64,000 nucleotides of DNA. Origin: Nitrospirota bacterium (GTDB taxonomy: Bacteria; Nitrospirota; UBA9217). The notes beneath the pieces were generated by a model that was given only the letters and a program-made list of their open reading frames with translations, ran no database searches and was not told the origin of the DNA. Within the stretch, counting starts at the first letter, position 1. Each line of letters begins with the position of its first letter. This document shows positions 29,634-39,592 of this stretch, piece by piece. The position numbers and the translations under genes are program-made. The stretch covers positions 16,390-80,389 of the forward strand of contig JBARBN010000106.1 in NCBI GenBank assembly GCA_049793155.1, read 5' to 3'.

Positions 29634-30509
29634 CTAATTTTTAAGATATCTGCCAAACCATACCAGGCAGTGTTTCCATGCGTCTTTTGCCGCTTCAGGG
29701 CGATAACTGGGACGGTAGTCCGCGAAGAAGGCATGAGGCGCCCCGGGATAGATGATAAATTCCGCCGTAACTCCGCCTGCCTTGATCGCTGCTTCCATTT
29801 CCTTTACATCCGACGCGGGAATACCCATATCATCCCCGCCGTATAGTCCGAGAACGGGCGCCTTGATATGCCCTGCGACATCGAGGGGCCCTTCCGTGCG
29901 AATGCCGGGTCTCTTTTCCGGTTTGATGCTGCCGTACCACGCGACTGCCGCCTTGAGTTCACGGTTGTGGGCGGCATACAGCAGCGCGTACATCCCGCCT
30001 CGACAGAAGCCAGTGACGCCGATCCGGTCAGGTCGGGCAGCCGGATGTTTTCTCGCATAGGAAACAAGTGCGTCCAGGTCCGCCATGACCTGCTTATCTG
30101 GGACCGCGTCGGTGATCTTCCGCACTGACGGCATATCCGGCAGATGCAGAACGCCGCCTTCCCGGTCATAGGGCTCGAAGGTGATGCAGAGATAGCCCTC
30201 ATGGGCAAATCGGCGCGTCACATCCTTGATGTGCTCATGCATCCCGAATATTTCCGGGATCACGAGCAGGACCGGATATTTTCCGGCAGCCGCGGGTCGA
30301 GCTTCGAAAAGAGGGACCTGATATCCTTCCGACAGCACCGTGCTGTCGGCAGTAACGATTCCCTGCGAGGAAGTGACGATCACTTCCCCTGCAACCGACT
30401 TGGATGCCAAGGCGAAACCTGCCAGGTTGATACCCGCGGAGCTCATCTGGGCAAGGAACTGCCGCCGGGACATACCCTTGTACGCGTTTGCCAGCCAGTC
30501 TTCAAGCAT
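29634..30509 (-). CDS. Dienelactone hydrolase family protein with a twin-arginine (Tat) signal peptide
   Basis: The RBS 'aaggagg' precedes the ATG at 30509. The Tat motif is SRRQFLAQMSSAG. The DLH nucleophile elbow is GFCRGG. Confidence 0.75.
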   Translation of the reverse strand: MLEDWLANAYKGMSRRQFLAQMSSAGINLAGFALASKSVAGEVIVTSSQGIVTADSTVLSEGYQVPLFEARPAAAGKYPVLLVIPEIFGMHEHIKDVTRRFAHEGYLCITFEPYDREGGVLHLPDMPSVRKITDAVPDKQVMADLDALVSYARKHPAARPDRIGVTGFCRGGMYALLYAAHNRELKAAVAWYGSIKPEKRPGIRTEGPLDVAGHIKAPVLGLYGGDDMGIPASDVKEMEAAIKAGGVTAEFIIYPGAPHAFFADYRPSYRPEAAKDAWKHCLVWFGRYLKN

Positions 30510-30775
30510 TCGGCCTCCTTGTTGAACAATGTTGTCCTGGTTCGCCGTAGCCTCGAACGGCAGCACCTGCGCCCTGTCACAACAAAATCAACAGCCTATA
30601 CCTAACTAATATCACTTTTCCCTGCCCTGTCAATCAAACTTAAGCATGATGAGCCTAAAATACCTTGTGAAGCTTTTTAAAGAACCCCTTCAGCGGAAAG
30701 AACTAAGTGGTCTTTGACGGTCTCAAGCGTGATATGCTTAAGAGAAAGGATATTAAGACAGGAGGATGATCACCT

Positions 30776-31510
30776 ATGGCAAATGGATTACAGAAAAAGG
30801 TCGCTCTCGTGACCGGGGCGAGCCGCGGCATAGGACGGGCGATCGCCCTTGCCCTCGCCGAAGCCGGGGCCGATGTAGCAGTGAACTATTTCTCTCATGA
30901 GCATGAGGCCCTCGACGTGGTAAAGGCAATTGAGGGCATGGGCCGCGGGTCCATCGCCGTACAGGCCGATGTCTCCCGGGCTTCCGAGGTCGCGCGCATC
31001 GTTAAAACCATACCTCATGAGCTGGGTGAAATTGATATCCTGGTGAACAATGCGGGAATTGCGCGGTCCCGTACGGTCGACACGATCACTGAACAGGATT
31101 GGGAAGACGTCCTGGCAACGAATCTCACTGCATCGTTTCTGCTGACCCAGGCAGTGCTCCCCGCCATGCGACGGAAGAAGTGGGGACGCATCATCAACCT
31201 TTCCTCTGCTGCCGCCCAGACAGGAGGTGTTGTCGGCCCCCACTATGCTGCCTCGAAAGCCGGCGTCATCGGGCTCACGCATTACTATGCGGCCCATCTC
31301 GCAAAAGAAGGCATAACCGTGAACGCCATAGCCCCCGGTCCCACCGACACCGAGATGGCGGCAGCGCTGCCCCAATTGTCCGCGAGCAGCATTCCCGTCG
31401 GCCGCTTCGGCACCCCCGAAGAGATCGCATCCGTGGCAGTGCTGCTGGCCAATAACGGCTTCATCACGGGTCAGACCATAAATGTGAACGGAGGCAGGTA
31501 CTTCGACTGA
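30776..31510 (+). CDS. fabG: 3-oxoacyl-[ACP] reductase (SDR)
   Basis: TGASRGIGRAIAL ... NNAG ... YAASKAG, which is the classical FabG pattern. The RBS is 'aggagg'. Confidence 0.8.
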   Translation: MANGLQKKVALVTGASRGIGRAIALALAEAGADVAVNYFSHEHEALDVVKAIEGMGRGSIAVQADVSRASEVARIVKTIPHELGEIDILVNNAGIARSRTVDTITEQDWEDVLATNLTASFLLTQAVLPAMRRKKWGRIINLSSAAAQTGGVVGPHYAASKAGVIGLTHYYAAHLAKEGITVNAIAPGPTDTEMAAALPQLSASSIPVGRFGTPEEIASVAVLLANNGFITGQTINVNGGRYFD

Positions 31511-31629
31511 TCCGGGCGGGCATGCATCCGAACAAAGGGCCGGAGTCCCTGCCGGGATTGAGGTGATTAAAATGATAATTGCTGATGATTTCAAGGGATA
31601 AGAGAGGTAGTATACAGTGACCATACGTA

Positions 31630-33444
31630 ATGTTTTGTGCCATGACGAACCTGCTCACCTTCATATCCAGATCCCTTGCGGCAAAACTGATCATTGCCCT
31701 TGCCTTGCTCATCGTCATCGGAGGGGGGATATCCTCTTACGCGTTGATCCATGCCGGCAAAAATAATCTTGTAAATGAAGCCGTTAAAGACGCCGCCTCT
31801 TCCTCGGACCTCGTTAAAAAGAGCGTGCACTACAGCATGCTCACCCGCAACAGAGAGGCCATACAGCGCACCATAGACGACCTGAAGTCGGCCAGGGATA
31901 TCGGGAAAATAAAACTATTCGACAGCAAGGGAAGCATTTTTTATTCGTCGGATCACGAGGAGATCGGCCATCAGGTCAATAAGGCTGATCGCGCCTGTCA
32001 GGGCTGTCATGCTAATGGCGCAAAACCTGCCAATACCCTGGGTGAGGCCGGTCAATGGACGACCTATCGAAGCGAAGAAGGCAACAACATTCTGACGGTT
32101 GTCACGCCGATCTACAACGAACCTTCCTGTTTTACATCCGCCTGCCACGTCCATTCCCAGAACCAGCGGGTACTCGGCATCCTTGCGGCCGATTTTTCAC
32201 TGGCCTCCGTTGATGAAAACATCAAAAGGCAGACAATACAGACGACCCTGTATGCCCTTGCCCTGATGAGCATGATCTCCGTCGTCCTCTACCTCATCCT
32301 CCGGAAACTCGTATTGAAACCCGTCAGCAGCCTCTCGAACGCCATGGCAACCGTTGCGGAAGGAGACCTGGGCCGCCGGGTGACGCCGGTTTCCCGGGAT
32401 GAGATCGGCCTGCTCGTCCGCAGCTTCAATGACATGATAGAAGAGCTCAGGACAGCGAGGGAAAAGATGGAGGATTGGACCGCGAGCCTCGAACGGGAGG
32501 TGGCAATAAAGTCGAAGGAATTGAAGAGGTCCCAGGACAACCTGATAGAGGCGGAGAAACTTGCAGCCCTGGGAAGACTGACCGCCGATGTGGCTCACGA
32601 GATAAGGAACCCGCTCACCGTTATCGGTGGCTTTGCCCGCAGGCTCCACAAGAGCGCTACAGGAGAAAAAGAGAAGGAACGAGCCGACGTCATCGTCTCC
32701 GAGGTGAACCGGCTCGAGAAAATATTGCGGGATATCCTTACCTTCTCAGGGGAGGTCCGGTCTTGCCTTGAAAAACACCCGGTCGGGGAAATCGTGCGTG
32801 AGGTGGTCAACAGCCACGAACAGGTATTCATCGAGCAAAACATAAACATCGAGGTGGCGATGGGAAATAACCTCCCTCCCATCCTCATAGACAGATACCA
32901 GGTCAAGCAGGCCCTCACCAATCTCATCATGAACGCTTGCGATGCAATGCCCTCCGGCGGGATGTTGAGGATAACGGCGGGGATCGAATCCTTCAATGAT
33001 GTGCGGTATGTTGTCCTGCAGGTGTCAGATACGGGGCACGGGATCGATGAAAATAAATTTTCTCTGATATTCGAGCCCTTCTTTACGACAAAGGCGGCCG
33101 GCCGCGGCACCGGCCTGGGTCTTTCCATAGCGAGAAAGATCATGGAAGAACATGGAGGATTCATCAAGGCCGCGATCTCTGCGGAAAAAGGCGCAGCGTT
33201 CAGCCTCTATTTCCCCCAGCAGAGCGAAGAAGAATCACAAAAGATAAAATGCTGGGAATTCAAAAAATGCGGCAGGGACAAGGATGCAACAACGAAATGC
33301 CCCGCCTACTCTAATTTCGGCAGGATCTGCTGGGCAGTGGCGGGCACCTTCTGCGAAGGCAAAGTCCAGGGGACTTTTGCGCAGAAATATGAAGATTGCA
33401 GGAAATGCGACTATTATCAGATGATGAAAAAAGCGAGAGAGTAA
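31630..33444 (+). CDS. Sensor histidine kinase with a heme-type periplasmic domain (CQGCH, CFTSACH), HAMP, HisKA, HATPase_c and a C-terminal two-CW-like Cys/Trp-rich module
   Basis: The periplasmic region carries CxxCH at ADRACQGCHANG and a CX4CH-like SCFTSACH. HisKA is HEIRNPLT. HATPase is GTGLGLSIARKIM. The C-terminus is KCWEFKKCGRDKDATTKCPAYSNFGRICWAVAGTFCEGK...CRKCDYY. Confidence 0.8.
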   Translation: MFCAMTNLLTFISRSLAAKLIIALALLIVIGGGISSYALIHAGKNNLVNEAVKDAASSSDLVKKSVHYSMLTRNREAIQRTIDDLKSARDIGKIKLFDSKGSIFYSSDHEEIGHQVNKADRACQGCHANGAKPANTLGEAGQWTTYRSEEGNNILTVVTPIYNEPSCFTSACHVHSQNQRVLGILAADFSLASVDENIKRQTIQTTLYALALMSMISVVLYLILRKLVLKPVSSLSNAMATVAEGDLGRRVTPVSRDEIGLLVRSFNDMIEELRTAREKMEDWTASLEREVAIKSKELKRSQDNLIEAEKLAALGRLTADVAHEIRNPLTVIGGFARRLHKSATGEKEKERADVIVSEVNRLEKILRDILTFSGEVRSCLEKHPVGEIVREVVNSHEQVFIEQNINIEVAMGNNLPPILIDRYQVKQALTNLIMNACDAMPSGGMLRITAGIESFNDVRYVVLQVSDTGHGIDENKFSLIFEPFFTTKAAGRGTGLGLSIARKIMEEHGGFIKAAISAEKGAAFSLYFPQQSEEESQKIKCWEFKKCGRDKDATTKCPAYSNFGRICWAVAGTFCEGKVQGTFAQKYEDCRKCDYYQMMKKARE

Positions 33445-33599
33445 GACGATTGGCAACGGAGCCTCTCAGGGTAATGCACGGCGGCGGATTGCCCGATCAC
33501 TCTCCGGAACGCCCTCAAGCGATCAGGAACCGCTCCGTGTCAATCCTCATAATAACCCGTGGTGAAGAGACGAGCTCGATACCCTAAACATAATAAAAA

Positions 33600-33623
33600 G
33601 GCTTGGAGGATATCCTCCAAGCC
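33600..33623 (-). terminator. Rho-independent terminator for the Met-rich protein gene
   Basis: The hairpin is ggcttggagg-atat-cctccaagcc. It is followed on the minus strand by TTTTT (rc of aaaaa at 33595-33599). Confidence 0.6.
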
Positions 33624-33672
33624 TGGACCTGCCCTGTGAAGTGCATCCAACCGTTGCCCTGCCCAAGACGGG

Positions 33673-33951
33673 TTAATACTTCATTCCTTTATTTTCGGGC
33701 GCTTCCTTCTTCTCATCGCCCTTCATCATCTTATCGTCCGTCATCATCTTGTCGTCTTTCATCATCGTATCATCTTTTTTCATCGTATCATCGCTTTTCA
33801 TCGTCTCGTCTTTCATCATCCCCTTGTCGTCTTTCATCATCGAATCATCCTTCTTCATGGACTTGTCGTCCATGTCCGCGGCAAAGACGGGACCCGCAAG
33901 CAGGAATACGGCGATGGTCGCGAGCAGAAATGTTCCTATTTTCCTAGTCAT
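33673..33951 (-). CDS. Secreted Met/Asp/Lys-rich repeat protein ((M)MKDD pentapeptide repeats)
   Basis: The RBS 'aaggaggtgaaaacc' precedes the ATG at 33951. The signal peptide is MTRKIGTFLLATIAVFLLAGPVFA. The mature part is tandem repeats MKKDDSMMKDDKGMMKDETMKSDDTMKKDDTMMKDDKMMTDDKMMKGD, encoded by tandem DNA repeats. Confidence 0.65.
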   Translation of the reverse strand: MTRKIGTFLLATIAVFLLAGPVFAADMDDKSMKKDDSMMKDDKGMMKDETMKSDDTMKKDDTMMKDDKMMTDDKMMKGDEKKEAPENKGMKY

Positions 33952-34243
33952 GGTTTTCACCTCCTTTCGGGCCTTCAAGAGAATGGATCCAGAAGCCTTC
34001 GGAAGCGGATATCTTTCCCGCTTGCCTCGGTCTCTTTGTGCCACTGTATTGATAGTATACCGCGGTAAGATCACGCGGTGATCACGGCAATATTAATTTA
34101 CTAAACGGGGTGCACTGCTGCGCGGGGTGATACTATAGAATGATAATTGGCAGGTGTCAATTAAACACATCGACATGCGAAGGAGGCGTATCATGCAGAT
34201 GATTCAGCATGCCGCCGGAGTGCTTTACCATGAAAAGTCTGGC

Positions 34244-35308
34244 CTACGATGTCTCGAAGATCTTGTCAAAGTCCGGTGCGATCTCCCTGAACGCCTTGAG
34301 CACGTCGGGGTCGAAATGTCCCGGCATTGTCCTTTCGTCTCCCTCGATGATGATCTTGAATGCCTTTTGGCTGTCGTATGCTGTTTTGAAAGGCCGCCCG
34401 CTGCGCAGGGCGTCATACCGGTCCGCAAGCAGGACGATCCTCCCTGCAAGGGGAATTTCCTTTCCCCTGAGCCCGAGCGGATAGCCGCCGCCGTCCCACT
34501 GTTCGTGATGGGTCCATGCGATAGCAGCAGCCATCTGGATGACGGGATAGGTTGAATTGGACAGGATCCTTTCGCCGATGGTGGTGTGCGACCTCATGAT
34601 CCCCGTTTCCTCCCGCGTAAGCGGTCCCGTTTTCAGAAGTATACGGTCGGGGATCCCGATCATCCCGACGTCATGCGCCTGGCTGGCGAAGGCAATGTCC
34701 TCGACAAAATCCGGGGACAGGTCCATGGCCTCGGCGATCCTGCGCGAAAACAGTCCGATCCTCGAAATATGACCGCCGCTGTCCGTATCTCTCAATTCAG
34801 CGGCCGCGGTCAACTTCCGCACCATCTCGCTGCTGATGTCCTTGATCTCACGGAACGCCTCGTCGAGCTCAAGCGTCCTTCTCCGGACCTCCTCTTCCAG
34901 TCTCTGGTTGTGCGTGAGCATGAAATCCCGGGCAGCCTTGACCGCGAGAAGGTTCTTCACCCGCAGGGTCCACTTTGACTGGTCAATGGGCTTTGAAAGG
35001 AACTCGTCCGCGCCGACCTCCAGGCCCTTCAGCATCGATTCCCGGTCATGCAGTGCCGAGACCATGATTACGGGGATGGTCGCCGTGTCCAGGTTTGCCC
35101 TTATGTGACGGCACACCTCGTATCCGTCCATGAACGGCATCATGATGTCGAGGATGACGAGATCGGGCTTGATTTCCATGCACCTCTTCACCGCCTCTTC
35201 GCCGTTCGAGACCAGGAATGCTTCATATCCCAGCTCGGTCACGAGCATGCTGATCAGCTCGCGATTCACTTCCTCATCGTCTACGATAAGGATCTTTTCC
35301 TTGGCCAT
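34244..35308 (-). CDS. Response regulator with receiver plus HD-GYP phosphodiesterase domain (RpfG-like)
   Basis: The REC is ILIVDDEEVNRE...LDIMMP. The HD motif is AHDVGMIG. The HD-GYP signature is HHEQWDGGGYP. The RBS is 'aaggagg'. Confidence 0.85.
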   Translation of the reverse strand: MAKEKILIVDDEEVNRELISMLVTELGYEAFLVSNGEEAVKRCMEIKPDLVILDIMMPFMDGYEVCRHIRANLDTATIPVIMVSALHDRESMLKGLEVGADEFLSKPIDQSKWTLRVKNLLAVKAARDFMLTHNQRLEEEVRRRTLELDEAFREIKDISSEMVRKLTAAAELRDTDSGGHISRIGLFSRRIAEAMDLSPDFVEDIAFASQAHDVGMIGIPDRILLKTGPLTREETGIMRSHTTIGERILSNSTYPVIQMAAAIAWTHHEQWDGGGYPLGLRGKEIPLAGRIVLLADRYDALRSGRPFKTAYDSQKAFKIIIEGDERTMPGHFDPDVLKAFREIAPDFDKIFETS

Positions 35309-35482
35309 TGATCCAGTACCTCCTTCAGAGGAAACCTATGACGCATTATAGCAGAAGTGGGCCGATGACGGAAGAGGACAAAAAGGATGACGGGGGCTTC
35401 TTTGATTCTGTTTTTTCCATGCGCCGGGCAGCGGATGAGATCATTCTTGAAACAACTAAGACCTGCGGGTTGGAGTAACGCT

Positions 35483-36325
35483 TTACTGCAGCATCACGTA
35501 ATCGGCGTCGTGGAGCGAAACTGAACCCCTCTCGACCTGTCCGGGGACCGCGGGCAGGACAACTTTGTACGTAAAGGATGTCTGTCGGGCAAGCTGTTCC
35601 GGAATACCCCGCTTCCAGGCATGGCCCACGCCTGAAAGCACGATCATGGTCTTGCCAGGGTGCTTCCGGTGATATTCGATCAGGTTCCAGGCCATGCTCT
35701 TATCCCATACCATCTGTGCTTCGCAGAAGTTCAGGAACTGCCTGTCTCCATGGTGCGCGTGCCCCGCATAAGCCTGTCTGATAAATTGCATGTACGTCGG
35801 ATCGATATCGCAGCTTATCCCCGGCGGAAGTTTTTGTTTCTGCTCCGAGTTCAACGCGGTAAAGCCGCTTCGTGCAACAGCGCTGCTGATATCAGCCGGG
35901 ATATTGAGCCCGACGAGCGGTATCCGATGCTCCCTCGCAAAGAGAAAGATGCCGCGGTATTCGGGCCAGGGCTGTTGCCAGTTATCATAGTACGATGGAA
36001 GGAACTGCTCCAGCGATGAAGAACCGTTTACCCACGAATTCAGGACTTTTTGACTATCGGACCTGAACATCTCCAGGCCGACGGAAATAGGCGCGCCCGA
36101 TTCGTGAAACGACCTGATGATCCTGAGCTCCATGTCATGGTGGGCCTGTTCATCGTGTACTTCCCCGACGAAAACGATGTCGGCTTTACTGATCTCCCGG
36201 ATCATGCGGTCGAAAGAAATAACGGCACCGTCGCGGACACGCAGGATGTCGCCGCCCGCGCATACGCGGGTGAAGCAGGCAAAGACCAGAAAAACGGCTG
36301 CCAGGATGAACGCTCTTGATCTCAT
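35483..36325 (-). CDS. ChaN-family (heme-binding, Tiki/TraB-like) lipoprotein
   Basis: A signal peptide is present. The motifs FVGEVHDEQAHH and LSGVGHAWKRG are typical of ChaN/PF04187. Confidence 0.65.
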   Translation of the reverse strand: MRSRAFILAAVFLVFACFTRVCAGGDILRVRDGAVISFDRMIREISKADIVFVGEVHDEQAHHDMELRIIRSFHESGAPISVGLEMFRSDSQKVLNSWVNGSSSLEQFLPSYYDNWQQPWPEYRGIFLFAREHRIPLVGLNIPADISSAVARSGFTALNSEQKQKLPPGISCDIDPTYMQFIRQAYAGHAHHGDRQFLNFCEAQMVWDKSMAWNLIEYHRKHPGKTMIVLSGVGHAWKRGIPEQLARQTSFTYKVVLPAVPGQVERGSVSLHDADYVMLQ

Positions 36326-36426
36326 ACTATGATTTTTGCGCTAACTGACGCCAAAGTCAAGTCACCCTCAGGCGCCCGTGGAAGGATATTCTCTCTCGTG
36401 GTAAGTATCACCGCGGAAGCAGATCA

Positions 36427-36573
36427 TCAAGATGCCAGACGTGAACCTAAAAGACCGCCTTTTACTTCGACCGTGCCCGTCGTCAGATGGTCCTTCTTCT
36501 GATGCGCATGCTTCGCCGTATTCTGCTTCTTGCTCTTATCCTTGTTTTTCTTGCCGCCCTTGTCTCCCATCAT
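36427..36573 (-). CDS. Small lysine-rich protein (48 aa), MMGDKGGKKNKDKSKKQNTAKHAHQKKDHLTTGTVEVKGGLLGSRLAS; paralog of 15763-15891; not in the ORF track
   Basis: A reverse-strand ATGATG follows the RBS 'aaaggaggcgt'. The N-terminus is near-identical to the other small ORF (MGDKGGKK.KDK). Confidence 0.5.
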   Translation of the reverse strand: MMGDKGGKKNKDKSKKQNTAKHAHQKKDHLTTGTVEVKGGLLGSRLAS

Positions 36574-36768
36574 ACGCCTCCTTTATGCACCTCAATATAT
36601 TGTATGTAGCCATTATATCATAGTTTTTGTTTTCTATTAGTTGCAGCGGGAAGATCAGGGTGGATGGAGTAAAAGCGGTATAGATCTGAACCAGATTTTT
36701 ATAGTTCCCCATGCGAAAATTTAGCAGGGTGACCGATTCCGAGTTATGAGCTGACCATAAAAACACCG

Positions 36769-37617
36769 CTACAGCGCCGCTTTAACCGCCGCTGCCAATG
36801 ATGTTGTCGGTCTACCTATCAGTTTGCTCAGTTGATGTCCGTCATCGAACAGTCCTCCCTTGGAAACGCCCGCGTCGGAATCGGAGAGCAATGCGGCGAC
36901 CGGTTCCGGCAATCCCGCTTTCACGAGGACTTTTTTGTATTCGGCCTCCGGCATATTCACGTAACCGATCTTCTTGCCGGATTGGCGAGAGATTTCAGCG
37001 GCAAACTCGGCCAGGGTGAAGGCAGCATCCCCGGCAAGTTCATAGACCCGGCCTGCCTGATTTTCCGCAGTCAACACCGCCGCATCTGCTTCCGCGTAGT
37101 CGGCGCGCGCTGCAGCGGCAATGCGTCCTTCGCCCGCGCAGCCATACACCGCGCCCTGCGCCAGCGCGCCGGGTATGCCGGCCGTATAGTTTTCGGTATA
37201 CCAGCCATGGCGGAGCAGCGCAAAAGGAACGCCGGATGCGCGGATCAATGCCTCGGTCGCTTTATGTTCAACGGCAAGACCCAGCGGCGATGTATCGGCA
37301 TGCAGGATGCTGGTGTAGGCCAGGAACTTTACGCCTGCCCGTTTGGCGGCGTCGATGACGGATCGATGCTGTTTCGCGCGCTGCCCAAGCTCGCTGGAAG
37401 AGATCAGCAATACCTTGTCCGCGCCTCTCAGCGCAATGTCCCACATCGCAGGCTGGTTGTAATCGGCGTTGCGTATGTGCACGCCCAATGCTGCGATGCT
37501 TTTGGCCTTTTCACCATTTCGGACGGTGGCGACGATGCCGGATGCAGGCACCTTTTTAAGCAGTGCCTTGATGACCAGGCTTCCCAAGTGCCCTGTGGCT
37601 CCCGTAACAACGATCAT
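36769..37617 (-). CDS. NmrA-like / atypical SDR NAD(P)H-binding oxidoreductase (quinone oxidoreductase 2-like)
   Basis: The RBS 'aaaggag' precedes the ATG at 37617. The N-terminus is MIVVTGATGHLGSLV. The family has a truncated Rossmann fold. Confidence 0.7.
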   Translation of the reverse strand: MIVVTGATGHLGSLVIKALLKKVPASGIVATVRNGEKAKSIAALGVHIRNADYNQPAMWDIALRGADKVLLISSSELGQRAKQHRSVIDAAKRAGVKFLAYTSILHADTSPLGLAVEHKATEALIRASGVPFALLRHGWYTENYTAGIPGALAQGAVYGCAGEGRIAAAARADYAEADAAVLTAENQAGRVYELAGDAAFTLAEFAAEISRQSGKKIGYVNMPEAEYKKVLVKAGLPEPVAALLSDSDAGVSKGGLFDDGHQLSKLIGRPTTSLAAAVKAAL

Positions 37618-37807
37618 AAAAACTCCTTTCAAAAAATGGTTGTGATCAAACTATAGCACTTCTTGTTCATTTTTCTGTATCCGTTCGTGTACCTCATGCG
37701 AAAATTTACCCGGGGCGAGGGTCAAGTTAAGTTTTCTGTATACTAAATGCATAAAAAAGAGGGACAAAACATATTCTTTGTCCCTCTTTTTCTGAACGAT
37801 AGAATTG

Positions 37808-38043
37808 CTACTTCCAGGTTTGCATTGCGCGGCAGACCTTCAGGTTGCACGTAGTTGTACATTTGGCACATCGGTATGCATACCGCGCGATCCCGAAAGC
37901 CACGACCACTGCAGTCCCGGAGATAAGCAACAGCGGCAGCTGCGTACTCAGGGCGATTTCTGGCAGAACGCCTCTTAATCCGAATAACACGAGCCCCGCC
38001 AAAACCAGGGTCCTCACTAGGTTATCAAATATATCTTCCTTCA
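37808..38043 (-). CDS. Small membrane protein with a C-terminal Cys cluster (CAKCTTTCNLKVC)
   Basis: The RBS 'aaaaggag' precedes the ATG at 38043. One TM helix is predicted. Confidence 0.45.
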
Positions 38044-38372
38044 TATCAAACTCCTTTTGGACGGCTCGCGTGCGAGCGTCCTTTATTTCATTATACTCAG
38101 ACATCATTACACTTGTTATAAGTATAGCTCTATTTTTTCATTCCTGCTGTGGGGAGAACTACCTGTGGGGCATTCGTTTTCAACGGTACGCTTATTCGGG
38201 TCTTAGGCAAAAGAGGGCGAGGAGAATATCCTGATAAGAAGGCATAAAGACCCGCGGCGGGCCTGCCAAGTATCGCTGGGCAGGGAGAAGATAAGGTGAA
38301 AACTCAATCGTAAATTTTACGTTTAAAAAATATGCTGGAGCATCAGGATCGATGCTCCAGCGAAATCGAAGG

Positions 38373-38642
38373 CTACCGTCGTGAACCTCTCATACCGCTG
38401 CCCATTCCGCCGCCGCCCATGCTGCCGGCCCCCGTATCCATACGGTCATGGATTTGGTCGCGGTTTCGGATCTGATCAGGAACACCGTCCCCGGTATTGT
38501 CTTTCAGCCGGTCACGGTCCCGCGTCTGGTCCATGGCTATGTTCGGATATGCGGCAGCCTTTTCTTCCGCCGGTGCAAGCCCTGCAATGCCCAAAAACAT
38601 GAAGCATGCTGCTATCAGAACAACAATCCGTCTCGTAAACAT
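38373..38642 (-). CDS. Small secreted protein with a Gly/Met-rich C-terminus
   Basis: The RBS 'agggagg' precedes the ATG at 38642. The signal peptide is MFTRRIVVLIAACFMFLGIAGLAPA. The C-terminus is GAGSMGGGGMGSGMRG. Confidence 0.5.
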   Translation of the reverse strand: MFTRRIVVLIAACFMFLGIAGLAPAEEKAAAYPNIAMDQTRDRDRLKDNTGDGVPDQIRNRDQIHDRMDTGAGSMGGGGMGSGMRGSRR

Positions 38643-39036
38643 GATCGGTCCTCCCTTTTTTGTTGGTGTGTATCCCACCGTCCCTGTTTTTTTCAATCAA
38701 CAGCCGGTTACTTCGCAGCTCCTCGGCCGAGGTGAGTACTCTTGCGCTGCGCTGTATACACTCATAAGACGACGGCCTGCGAAAAAGGTTACAGAGAAAG
38801 TTGATCACGCATCAAACCTGCCGGACACAGCTCCGTACCGCACACCTCGTCATGTGATGTACCGGCATTGGAATAACTCTTCGAGCAGCCCTGAAGGAAG
38901 GCCATCAGCAGGCAGACGTCAACGCTCGAAAAAAGCTTGTAGTATGGAATGGCATGATTGCGCTCCCTGGATCAGACTGGAGGGAAGCAACCGGTCGAGG
39001 GGACCCTTTAAATGGGTGAGCGTAAGATGTTTGACC

Positions 39037-39495
39037 CTACGAACGGCTGGCGACGATCTGAAGTGTCCTGGCATCCCGCTTCCCCTGAAAATACTTGTCA
39101 AGGACACGCTCGAACACCGAATGCGGTTCGGTCACCAGCGCGAACAGGGTCATGGATGATTGAAGCTTCATGTCGTCGGGGTGTCCGAAAATATCCGGAG
39201 CAGACGACCCCTGAACAGCAAGGACCACTTCCGCGCACTCCTTGAGCCGCGCCCCGAGAAGAGGATGGCTGATGTAGTCCCGCGCTTCTTCCAGGCTTTT
39301 GATGGCATAATGTCGGGTTGTCGGGCTGTGTCCCAATCCGTCGATCTGCGGGAATATGTACCACATCCAGTGCGAGCGCTTCAAACCGTTCCGCAACTCG
39401 GCAAGGACACGGTCATAGACCCCTTCCTGCACGCTGATGAAGCGGTTCAGATCATAGGGATCGTTGCAATCGTCGGCCCTGTTGCCACGTTCCAT
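39037..39495 (-). CDS. DUF1810-family protein
   Basis: The RBS 'aggaga' precedes the ATG at 39495. The conserved stretch HWMWYIFPQ is characteristic of DUF1810. Confidence 0.6.
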   Translation of the reverse strand: MERGNRADDCNDPYDLNRFISVQEGVYDRVLAELRNGLKRSHWMWYIFPQIDGLGHSPTTRHYAIKSLEEARDYISHPLLGARLKECAEVVLAVQGSSAPDIFGHPDDMKLQSSMTLFALVTEPHSVFERVLDKYFQGKRDARTLQIVASRS

Positions 39496-39592
39496 GTCTG
39501 TCTCCTGCAGGTGACCCAAAGAGGTTCCGGGCACATGATGAAGATCGGATGATCAGAAGAAGAAAGAAAAATCAAACAGTACGGACCTGACC

